Assembly: GCA_031411535.1 (NCBI GenBank)
Contig: JANOBH010000021.1
Coordinates: 1 to 48,753 of the forward strand
Source: Chthoniobacter sp.
Lineage (GTDB): Bacteria > Verrucomicrobiota > Verrucomicrobiia > Chthoniobacterales > Chthoniobacteraceae
Direction: 5' to 3'
Length of the DNA stretch: 48,753 nt
Shown here: piece after piece, positions 41,504 to 48,753 of the stretch
How positions within the stretch are numbered: the first letter of the stretch is position 1
Layout: each line of letters opens with the position of its first letter
The notes under the pieces: generated by a model
What the model was told of the DNA's origin: nothing
Databases searched by the model: none
What the model saw: only the letters and a program-made list of their open reading frames with translations
Made by a program: the position numbers and the translations under genes

Positions 41504-41560
41504 GACGCGCTCCCGCGCGTCCAAACACCCGGAGGGACGAGCGGGAGCGCATCCGTCCGG
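41504..41560. repeat. Degenerate family E copy
   Basis: GACGCGCTCCCGCGCGTCC...GGACGAGCGGGAGCGCATCCGTCCGG. Confidence 0.6.
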
Positions 41561-41561
41561 G

Positions 41562-42833
41562 TCATTTCGCCGCGCCGATGCACCAGAGGTGCCGGTGCGT
41601 GCGGATGAAGATCTCTCCGTCGCTGACGGCGAGCGAGGCGTTCATCATGCCGTCGCCGAGCGCGTTCGCCGCGAGCTTTTCAAACGTCGGGCTGGCCCGG
41701 ATGACGAGCGTGTCGCTCCCCTGATTCGGTACGTAGATGCGGTCGCCCGCCAGCACCATCGAAGCCCAGCTTTCCGAGCGCCCGCTGCCGCCGGTGAGGC
41801 GCTCCTCCCACTTTGTCTCGCCCGTTTTCAGGTCGATGCACTGCGCGGTGCCGGGTGTGTTCAGGATATAGAGAAAGCCTCCCGCGATCACTCCCGAGCC
41901 GATGCGCTGCTTGTCGCGGACCTTGTGCCAGAGACGGTTCGCGGTCACATCGCCGGAGCCGCCCGGTTTCACCGCGATGGTGCTGCCGCCATAGCCGCCG
42001 CTGCCGATGACCACGCCCTCGCCGTACATCGGAGAAGAATAGATCAGCGGATTCAGCCCGTCGCACGACCACAGCTCCCTGCCGGTCTTCGGGTCATAGG
42101 CGCGCATCCACTCCGCGAAGGTCATCACCAGTTCCTCGCGCCCGCCCGCCTTCACGAGCAGCGGCACGCTCCAGGTGCCGACCACGCCCCCGGTCTTGCC
42201 GGCGAAACCATCCGTGCGGTCCTTTGTCACTTTCTCCGGCGCATCCACGCGCCAGACTTCCTTGCCGGTGCGCTTTTCCACCGCGACGAGAAATGACCGC
42301 GGCCCCGGTCCGAAATACAGGATGCACAGGTCGCCATGAATCACCGGAGCGCCCGCGTATCCCCAGATGTGATCCTGTTTTCCGAGATCGAGATGCCACT
42401 CCTCCTTGCCTGCCAGATCCCATGAATACAGGCCCGCCGAGCCGAACCATGCGATGACGCGCTCGCCGTCTGTGGCGGGCGACGCCGAGCAAAACGGGTT
42501 CGCCTTGTGCGTCTGCTCCGCCGCGGTCCACTCCGGCCCGGCCTGCCAGAGCAGCCTCCCATCCTTCCGGTCCACGCACATCAGCGTGCGCCGGCTGCCC
42601 GCGTTTTGTGTCAGGAAAATGCGGTCGCCCCAGACGATCGGCGTCGAGTTTCCCGGCTCCGGCAGCGCGATTTTCCAGCGCACGTTTTCCGTCGCGCTCC
42701 ACGTCAGCGGCAGCCCCGTCTCGCTCGTCACGCCGGTCCCGTCCGCGCCGCGCCATGCGGGCCAGTTGCCGGCAAGTGCGGCGGTGCTGAGGCAGAGGAG
42801 GGCGATGGCGGAGGATGAAATGCGGGGAAACAT
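41562..42833 (-). CDS. Secreted PQQ-binding-like beta-propeller protein
   Basis: Signal peptide; NWPAWRG, LPLTWSATENVRWK, GNSTPIVWGDRIFLT, ASPATDGERV, IFIRTHRHLWCIG. Confidence 0.9.
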   Translation of the reverse strand: MFPRISSSAIALLCLSTAALAGNWPAWRGADGTGVTSETGLPLTWSATENVRWKIALPEPGNSTPIVWGDRIFLTQNAGSRRTLMCVDRKDGRLLWQAGPEWTAAEQTHKANPFCSASPATDGERVIAWFGSAGLYSWDLAGKEEWHLDLGKQDHIWGYAGAPVIHGDLCILYFGPGPRSFLVAVEKRTGKEVWRVDAPEKVTKDRTDGFAGKTGGVVGTWSVPLLVKAGGREELVMTFAEWMRAYDPKTGRELWSCDGLNPLIYSSPMYGEGVVIGSGGYGGSTIAVKPGGSGDVTANRLWHKVRDKQRIGSGVIAGGFLYILNTPGTAQCIDLKTGETKWEERLTGGSGRSESWASMVLAGDRIYVPNQGSDTLVIRASPTFEKLAANALGDGMMNASLAVSDGEIFIRTHRHLWCIGAAK

Positions 42834-42922
42834 GGCGGGAGGCTAAACCTGCGGCGGGGCGAGGGAAAGCCGCCGGTTTCGCCACTCGCGGCCGGATCTC
42901 AAGACAGCGGGCCGCCGGACGC

Positions 42923-42952
42923 AAAAGGCTCTCCCGTTTCCGGGAGAGCCTT
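42923..42952 (-). terminator. Rho-independent terminator of flagellin gene
   Basis: Minus strand AAGGCTCTCCCG-GAAA-CGGGAGAGCCTTTT, 32 nt after the stop. Confidence 0.8.
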
Positions 42953-42984
42953 CTGTCGTTGGTTGCGCTGGATCGCGCCGGTTC

Positions 42985-43785
42985 TTAGCCCTGCAGGAGC
43001 CGGAGGGCCGACTGCGTGCTGGAGTTCGCCTGGGCGAGCATCGCGGACCCGGCCTGCACGAGGATGTTGTTGCGGGCGAGGCGGGTGGATTCCTGGGCGA
43101 CATCCACGTCCACGATGCGGCTGTTGGCGGCCTCGAGGTTGCTGCGGTTGGTCGTGAGCATGTCGGCGGCGAAGCCGAGGCGGCTCTGTTCGGCGCCATT
43201 CTGGGCGCGGGAGGCCGCCGTGGCGGTGATGCCGTCGGTCACGTCCTGCACGCTGATCGCCGCGAGGTTTGCCGCGCCGGTGATGGTCGTCACGTTGCCG
43301 GTGAAATCCGACTGCGTGATGTTCATGCTCTGCGAGCCGTCTTCGGAGGTGATGACGGAGAGCGTCGAGTTCCCGAAGGAGGCCACGCCGTTGAAGTTGC
43401 CCGAGCCGAGGCTGGTGAGTTCCGCACGGAGCGCGGTGAATTCGGCGTCGTAGTTGGCGATATCGCCGGCGCTCTTGGTGACATCGGAGGAGAGCGTTTT
43501 CAGCTCGGCGATGCGCTCGAGGACTTTGCCCGCGCTTTTCAGCGCACCGTCCTGGACCTGGAGAAAGGAGACGGCGTTGGACACCGAGGTGTTGGTCGCG
43601 TCGGTGCGGCGGATGGCTGCTTCCATGCGCATCGAGACTGCCAGGCCGCCGGCGTCGTCGGCAGGGCTGGTGATCTTGGAGCCGCTGGAGAGCCGGGCGA
43701 GGCTCTTTTGCAGCATGGCGTTGTTGGTGTTGAGGTTCACAGCCGCGGTGGTTGCGGCGACGTTGGTATTGATGACGAGTGACAT
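42985..43785 (-). CDS. fliC: Flagellin (266 aa, essentially D0/D1 only)
   Basis: MSLVINTN...LARLSSGSKI..PADDAGGLAVS; SRIVDVDVAQE...ILVQAGSAMLAQAN...LRLL; AAGGA RBS before ATG at 43785. Confidence 0.97.
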   Translation of the reverse strand: MSLVINTNVAATTAAVNLNTNNAMLQKSLARLSSGSKITSPADDAGGLAVSMRMEAAIRRTDATNTSVSNAVSFLQVQDGALKSAGKVLERIAELKTLSSDVTKSAGDIANYDAEFTALRAELTSLGSGNFNGVASFGNSTLSVITSEDGSQSMNITQSDFTGNVTTITGAANLAAISVQDVTDGITATAASRAQNGAEQSRLGFAADMLTTNRSNLEAANSRIVDVDVAQESTRLARNNILVQAGSAMLAQANSSTQSALRLLQG

Positions 43786-43789
43786 ATTG

Positions 43790-43821
43790 ATCTTCCTTGA
43801 TGAGTTACGACTTCCGTGTCG
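43790..43821 (-). promoter_or_regulatory. Two CsrA-type ANGGA hairpin loops in the flagellin leader
   Basis: mRNA: cgac-ACGGAA-gtcg and atc-AAGGAA-gat, the second overlapping the RBS. Confidence 0.6.
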
Positions 43822-43883
43822 CGACGGGCCATTTTTGATCCGGTGTTTGACCTCACCGATCGGGCACTTGCTCGACACGGATG

Positions 43884-43910
43884 TTTTCGGCAGCCGACGC
43901 CGCGGCTTTA
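43884..43910 (-). promoter_or_regulatory. Sigma28 (FliA) promoter of fliC
   Basis: Minus strand TAAA-N15-GCCGAAAA versus consensus TAAA-N15-GCCGATAA. Confidence 0.85.
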
Positions 43911-44079
43911 GCGGAATTTGGAAAATTCTTTCGCGCCGCTGAAAAACCTTGGGTGTCCTGGAGTCCGCGTCCGGGATTGGGGCGTCCGTTTTCGCGTGGG
44001 AATGAATGACGCGCCGTCGAAGCGCCCGACCCTCGATTGCCGCGAGCCGTTTTCTCCCGCCGAAAGCACATGCCGAGAA

Positions 44080-44095
44080 AGGCACGCCTTGTGCT
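44080..44095 (+). promoter_or_regulatory. Putative sigma54 promoter of fliD operon
   Basis: AGGCACGCCTTGTGCT: GG-N10-GC with GGCACG -24 box, about 19 nt before ATG. Confidence 0.55.
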
Positions 44096-44113
44096 GAAAA
44101 CTTCTGATTTATT

Positions 44114-45847
44114 ATGGCAGGACTACAACTCGCAGGTTTGGCTTCCGGTCTCGATTGGCGGAGCCTCGTTGACAAGCTGATGGATGCAGAACGCATCCCG
44201 CAGAACCGGCTGCGTGCCGAAAAGGCGGCGGGCACGCAGAAGACGAACGTGCTCGAATCGCTGAAAACGGGACTCACGGCGCTGCAAACCGCGATCAAGC
44301 CGCTAAGTGGCGACAGCACCGACGTATTCGCAGTGCGCAAGGCCGCGTTTGCGAATGCGAGCACCACCTGGGGCGCGAGCGCGGTGGCTGGCACGGAGGC
44401 CGGCACCTACCAGTTCCAGGTCACGCAGCTCGCGACCAAGGCCCAGCGCGCTGGCGCCGCGGATGCCGGGAGCGGCCTGAGCGCTACCACGGATGTGAGC
44501 GGCCTCACGCTGGCGACGCTGCCCATCGGCGCCGCCATCACTGCGGGCGATTTCACCGTGAATGGCGCGCGGATCACGGTCGCTGTCACCGATTCGCTCC
44601 AGGATGTCTTTGACCAGATCTCCACGAAAACCGGCGCGAGCGTCACGGCGAGCTACGATCCGGTCGCTGACAAGGTGCGGCTCAGCAGCCCGTCTGAAAT
44701 CGTTCTCGGCAGCTCCAATGACACGAGCAATTTCCTCGGCGCGCTCCAGCTTTACAACAACGGCAGCGGCGAAGTGCTGGCGCCCAAGGCGCTCGGCGTC
44801 GTCAGCATCAGCGCGGCGATCGCCAATGCGAATCTCCGCGGCGCCGTCACGGGCGTCGATGCGGGCGGAAACGGCAGCTTTTCGATCAACGGCGTGGACA
44901 TCGCCTTCAATGTGAACACCGACAGCGTCCAGAATGTGATGGCGCGCATCAACTCCTCGAATGCGGGAGTGACCGCCGGATTCGACCGCGCAAATGACCG
45001 GTTCACGCTCACGAACAAGACGACCGGCGACATCGGCATTTCCCTCAGCGAAGGCGCGGGAGGCATGCTCGCCGCGCTCGGCCTCGGTGGATCGGCGGCG
45101 CTCGTGCGGGGAAAAAATGCGCAGTTCAGCGTGGATGGCGGGGCGTCGCTGACGAGCACCGGCAATACTTTCGACGAGACCGTCCACGGAATCGCCGGCC
45201 TGTCCGTCGCCGCGACCTCGCAGACGACGGAGAGCATCACGATCTCCGGCGATACCGCGGGCGCGCGGACGAAGATCGAGGATTTCATCGCGAAGTACAA
45301 CTCGGTGCAGAACTACATCGAGCAGGTGACCAGGACGACCTCCGGCGCGGAGGGGAAAGTGACCGCTGCGATGCTCGCCGGAAACCGCGAGGTGACCGAC
45401 ATCGCCAAGCAGCTTCGCAACATGGTCTTCTCCGCAGTGTCCGGTCTCACTGGTTCCGTGCAGCGGCTGGAAAGCATCGGCATCGACTTCAAAAGCGGCA
45501 CATCGGAGCTGGAGATCAAGGACGGGGCCAAGCTCGACGCGGCCCTGCGCGACTCCGGCCCTGCGGTGCGGACGCTCTTCAGCGACTCCGGAGCCGGACT
45601 CGCCAAACGCCTGGATACCTTCATCACCAAGATCACCGGATCGACCGGCACGCTCACCACGCAGACCGGCACGCTGGCGAAGCAGGCCGTGAGCATCGAC
45701 GCGCAAATCTCTGCGATGGACCGGAGGCTTGCCCAGCAGAAGCAGCTTCTCGAGCAGGGCTTCATCCGCATGGAAAAGGCGCAGTCCACCATCCAGAGCC
45801 AGCTCGCCGCGCTGAACAACGCGTTCGGCGCGAACTCGAGCAAATGA
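44114..45847 (+). CDS. fliD: Flagellar filament cap protein
   Basis: GLASGLDWRSLVDKLM, GTYQFQVTQLAT, KIEDFIAKYN, LESIGI, MDRRL...FIRME. Confidence 0.95.
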   Translation: MAGLQLAGLASGLDWRSLVDKLMDAERIPQNRLRAEKAAGTQKTNVLESLKTGLTALQTAIKPLSGDSTDVFAVRKAAFANASTTWGASAVAGTEAGTYQFQVTQLATKAQRAGAADAGSGLSATTDVSGLTLATLPIGAAITAGDFTVNGARITVAVTDSLQDVFDQISTKTGASVTASYDPVADKVRLSSPSEIVLGSSNDTSNFLGALQLYNNGSGEVLAPKALGVVSISAAIANANLRGAVTGVDAGGNGSFSINGVDIAFNVNTDSVQNVMARINSSNAGVTAGFDRANDRFTLTNKTTGDIGISLSEGAGGMLAALGLGGSAALVRGKNAQFSVDGGASLTSTGNTFDETVHGIAGLSVAATSQTTESITISGDTAGARTKIEDFIAKYNSVQNYIEQVTRTTSGAEGKVTAAMLAGNREVTDIAKQLRNMVFSAVSGLTGSVQRLESIGIDFKSGTSELEIKDGAKLDAALRDSGPAVRTLFSDSGAGLAKRLDTFITKITGSTGTLTTQTGTLAKQAVSIDAQISAMDRRLAQQKQLLEQGFIRMEKAQSTIQSQLAALNNAFGANSSK

Positions 45848-46497
45848 CCGGCACGCGTCTTTTCCTCGCGGCGGCGGCTGTCGCGATGGGCGTGCTTTCC
45901 GGCGCCTGCACCACGCCGCGGCACGCCGCGGCTCCTCCGCCTCCTCCGCAGAATTACTTTTCGCCCGCCACCGAAGTCGCGCCGATTCGCCGCGTCGCCC
46001 TGCTGCCGCTGTGGAATGAGAAACTGCCTGGTGAATACCTGCGCGACGTGGACGCGGCGTTCGGGGCCGAGCTGACGAAGAAGGCGCTGTTTGAAGTCGT
46101 GCCGGTCAGCCGTGCGCAGATGGAGACGATCTTTGGCGAGCGCCAGCTTTCCTCCGTGGATGCGCTCCCGGCGGACGCGCTCGCCCGGCTCCGCGTGACG
46201 TACGGCGTGGAAGGCGTCCTTTTCACCGACCTCACGAGCTTCTCTCCCTACCGGCCGCTCTCTATGGGCGTCCGCGCGAAACTGCTCGATGTCACCACCG
46301 GAAAAATCCGCTGGGCCTTCGACTACGTTTACGACACCGGCAATGCGTCCGTCGCGACGGCGGCGAAAACCTATCAGCGCAAATACAGCAGCGAGCACCA
46401 GCCTCTGACCAGCGACGGCGGCAGCATTCTCCTCAGTCCGAGCCGGTTTGCCAAATATGTGGCGTGCGAAACCTATGCGAGTTTGCGCGCGCAGTGA
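45844..46497 (+). CDS. Putative lipoprotein (alpha/beta DUF799/CsgG/TolB-N-like fold)
   Basis: Lipobox-like LSGAC, IRRVALLPLWN, VEGVLFTDLTSFSPY, AKLLDVTTGKIRW; ATGA-coupled to fliD. Confidence 0.72.
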   Translation: MTGTRLFLAAAAVAMGVLSGACTTPRHAAAPPPPPQNYFSPATEVAPIRRVALLPLWNEKLPGEYLRDVDAAFGAELTKKALFEVVPVSRAQMETIFGERQLSSVDALPADALARLRVTYGVEGVLFTDLTSFSPYRPLSMGVRAKLLDVTTGKIRWAFDYVYDTGNASVATAAKTYQRKYSSEHQPLTSDGGSILLSPSRFAKYVACETYASLRAQ

Positions 46498-46516
46498 GAA
46501 AAGGCATGTTTTCCGC

Positions 46517-46543
46517 TAAAGCTTTCGCAAATCCTTCCGATAA
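46517..46543 (+). promoter_or_regulatory. Sigma28 promoter upstream of flgM-like gene
   Basis: TAAA-N15-TCCGATAA; preceded by sigma54-like AGGCATGTTTTCCGC (46502-46516). Confidence 0.8.
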
Positions 46544-46555
46544 CCTTTCAAAGCG

Positions 46556-46828
46556 ATGAACATCCAGCCTCTCAAAACCGAAGGCGTGCCCGCGCCGTCC
46601 AAGCCGAAAGCGCAGCCCGCAAAACCCGCCCAGGCGTCCTCGCCGGGAGAGACGCTCAAAAGCACCAAAAACGAAAGACTCATGGAAGCCCTGCGCAACG
46701 AACCCGATGTGCGACCCACGGAAGTGGACCGCGGCCGGAAGCTCGCAGCCGATCCGAACTACCCCTCGGACGACATCCTCGCGAAACTCGCGGACATCTT
46801 TGTCAACGACTCGAAACGCACCAAGTAA
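46556..46828 (+). CDS. flgM: Anti-sigma28 factor FlgM-like protein
   Basis: 90 aa, disordered N-half; DVRPTEVDRGRKLAADPNY...LA resembles the FlgM C-terminal motif; sigma28 promoter and flagellar context. Confidence 0.6.
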   Translation: MNIQPLKTEGVPAPSKPKAQPAKPAQASSPGETLKSTKNERLMEALRNEPDVRPTEVDRGRKLAADPNYPSDDILAKLADIFVNDSKRTK

Positions 46829-46834
46829 CCGGCG

Positions 46835-47236
46835 ATGCAGCTCACCCAATTCGCCCGTTCCTACAAGTCCGTCGCAGTCACCACCGCCACCCCGGGGCAG
46901 CTCGTGCTGATGCTCTTCGACGGTGCCATCCGCTTCCTCGCCACGGCCGCGCACGGCTTCCAGCTTGAGAGCATCGCGACCCGCAACGAGCAGATTCACA
47001 ACAACCTCGTCAAGGCGCAGAAAATCCTCCGCGAGCTCCAGTGCAGCCTCGACCTGAAGACCGGGGGCGAGTTCGCAAAGACGATGTTCGCCCTTTACGA
47101 TTTCATGCTCGATCAGCTCCAAAGCGCGAATCTCACGAAGGACGCCGCGCCGATCGGCACCGTCGAGCGGATGCTCGGCGAAATCCGCGACGCCTGGGCG
47201 CAGATGCTCCAGCAGTCCGCGCCTGTCGCGGCGTGA
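46835..47236 (+). CDS. fliS: Flagellin export chaperone
   Basis: TATPGQLVLMLFDGAIRFL, KAQKILRELQCSLD..GGEFA, LYDFM, EIRDAW. Confidence 0.96.
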   Translation: MQLTQFARSYKSVAVTTATPGQLVLMLFDGAIRFLATAAHGFQLESIATRNEQIHNNLVKAQKILRELQCSLDLKTGGEFAKTMFALYDFMLDQLQSANLTKDAAPIGTVERMLGEIRDAWAQMLQQSAPVAA

Positions 47237-47610
47237 ACACCGAGGCCGAGCGCCGGTTCTGGCGGCTGCTGACCGACTACGAGCGGCTGGCCAAGGACGA
47301 ATCCGTGGCCATTCACGCGCGGGATTTCGAAGCGCTGGAAAGCATCCAGACCCGCAAGCCCGCACTGCTCGACGCGCTCTGCGCACTCGCCGGAAATGGC
47401 GGACCGGACCGGGCGCACCCCGCGCTTTCCGCACGCCTCGACGCCCTCACCGCGCTCGGCGACGCCTGCTCCGAAGCGCTCGCCACGATGCAGCGGGATG
47501 CCCGCACGGAGCGCCGGAATCTGGACGCCGCCCGCCAGCGACTGCGCGGTCTGAATACCACCTACGGACCCGATCCGCGCCAGCAGCAGGCATTCTGCGC
47601 GCACGGCTGA
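47233..47610 (+). CDS. Helical flagellar chaperone-like protein (FlgN/FliT-like)
   Basis: GTGA-coupled to fliS; E..AI..RDFEALESIQTRK..LL helical pattern, ends LRGLNTTY. Confidence 0.55.
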   Translation: MNTEAERRFWRLLTDYERLAKDESVAIHARDFEALESIQTRKPALLDALCALAGNGGPDRAHPALSARLDALTALGDACSEALATMQRDARTERRNLDAARQRLRGLNTTYGPDPRQQQAFCAHG

Positions 47611-47614
47611 GCCC

Positions 47615-48753
47615 ATGATTTCCACGAAACCAGACGCCGCGATCCTGCTCGTGGACGACGATCCGGGAATCCTCGAACCCCTCGGCGAGCAGCTCCGCTG
47701 CGAGGGCTACGACGTCACCGCTTGCGCCGATCCCGCGGCGGCGCTCGCCGCGCTCAGCCGGCGCCAGTTCGCCGCCGTCATCTCCGACCACAACATGCCG
47801 CAGATGACCGGCCTCGAACTCCTGGGAAAAGTGCGCGAACTCCAGCCGAATGCCTCCCGCGTGCTCATCACCGGCATGCTCGCGCTCGACACGCTCGTGG
47901 GTGCGATCAATGAGGGCGAAATCTTCCGCTTTCTCGCCAAGCCCTGGGCGCGCGCCGAGATGCTCGCGACGGTCGGCAACGCCGTGCAGCGCTACCGCAT
48001 CCTCTGCGACAATGAACGCCTCCGCGCCGACACCCTCGCGCTGAACACGGAGCTCGCCGCGACCAACGCCGAGCTGCGCGTCAAGGTCCGCCAGCTCACC
48101 GTGCAGAAGGAGCAGCTCGATGAGTCGCACGAGGCGCTCACGGAGAATTTCGAGCACTCCCTCGGGCTCTGCCACCGCATCGTGAATACCTTCTACCCGC
48201 TCCTCGGCACCCGGACGAAAGCCGTCGTCGAGCTGTGCCGGAAGATGGCCGGGGGCGACGACCTGACCGCAGAGGAAAAGCATGTGCTGGTGACCAGCGC
48301 GTGGCTGCACGACATCGGCCTCGTCGGCGTCGAGCGCGACGTGCTGCACAAGCTTTTCCATCGGCCCGCGGATTGCACCCGCGAGGAATGGGCGATGATC
48401 CATCAGCATCCCGGCTACGGGCAGACGCTCGCCGCCTTCGTGGACCGGCTGACCGCCGTCGGCATCACGATCCGCGCCCATCACGAGCGCTTCGACGGTG
48501 GCGGCTACCCGGACCGGCTCGCAGGGGAGGCCATTCCGTGGACCGCGCGCTGCCTCGCAGTCGCGGTCGCCTTTGTCGAAACCGGGCTGCCGAAAGCGCA
48601 GGCGGAGGAATGCATCGTGAAGCAGTCCGGCACCGCGTTCGATCCCGACGCGGTGCGCCTCTTTTTCAAAGCCACGCAGACGCACGACACCCCGCGGCAG
48701 ATCCGCGAACTCACGCTCAACGAGCTCCGGGCCGGGATGCATCTCGCGAAAGG
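47615..48753 (+). CDS. Response regulator with HD-GYP-like domain (3'-truncated by window edge)
   Basis: Manual translation: ILLVDDD, ISDHNMPQMTG, FLAKPW, coiled coil, WLHDIG, HQHPGYG, HHERFDGGGYP, FDP; absent from the ORF track because it runs off the end. Confidence 0.9.
   Translation, partial: MISTKPDAAILLVDDDPGILEPLGEQLRCEGYDVTACADPAAALAALSRRQFAAVISDHNMPQMTGLELLGKVRELQPNASRVLITGMLALDTLVGAINEGEIFRFLAKPWARAEMLATVGNAVQRYRILCDNERLRADTLALNTELAATNAELRVKVRQLTVQKEQLDESHEALTENFEHSLGLCHRIVNTFYPLLGTRTKAVVELCRKMAGGDDLTAEEKHVLVTSAWLHDIGLVGVERDVLHKLFHRPADCTREEWAMIHQHPGYGQTLAAFVDRLTAVGITIRAHHERFDGGGYPDRLAGEAIPWTARCLAVAVAFVETGLPKAQAEECIVKQSGTAFDPDAVRLFFKATQTHDTPRQIRELTLNELRAGMHLAK

Noticed and set aside
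42841-42925. c-di-GMP-I riboswitch-like words (GCTAAAC, GAAAGCC, GACAGCGG, GGACGCAAA)
   Set aside because: Motif order is wrong, the P2 GNRA stem is missing, and it is antisense to both flanking genes; an Rfam RF01051 scan would settle it
43786-44406. 207-aa N-terminal extension of flagellin in the ORF track
   Set aside because: Overlaps fliD and the sigma28 promoter; the canonical MSLVINTN start with RBS is at 43785

Overview
GC-rich bacterial chromosome segment. The gene content (PEP-CTERM proteins, lamin-tail/CotH giant protein, PQQ-like propeller, Opitutus-type flagellin) points to Verrucomicrobiota, possibly Chthoniobacterales-like; this placement is inference. Most of the window is housekeeping: alr, accB-accC, accA, rpsB-tsf, gcvP, an Hsp70/HscA-like gene with an in-frame TAA, holA, uvrB and a DEAD-box helicase. 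These are interspersed with secreted and PEP-CTERM proteins and a three-gene CHASE3 phosphorelay. The right end holds a late flagellar locus (fliC divergent from fliD-lipoprotein-flgM-fliS-flgN/fliT-like-REC/HD-GYP) with sigma28 and sigma54-like promoters and CsrA-type sites in the flagellin leader. The most striking non-gene structure is a dense set of small palindromic elements: five REP-like families plus heptamer-tandem hairpins. Several lie inside reading frames (Hsp70, GcvP, Nudix, a PEP-CTERM protein, possibly UbiA) or supply stop codons. No tRNA, rRNA, CRISPR array, transposase or integrase was seen.
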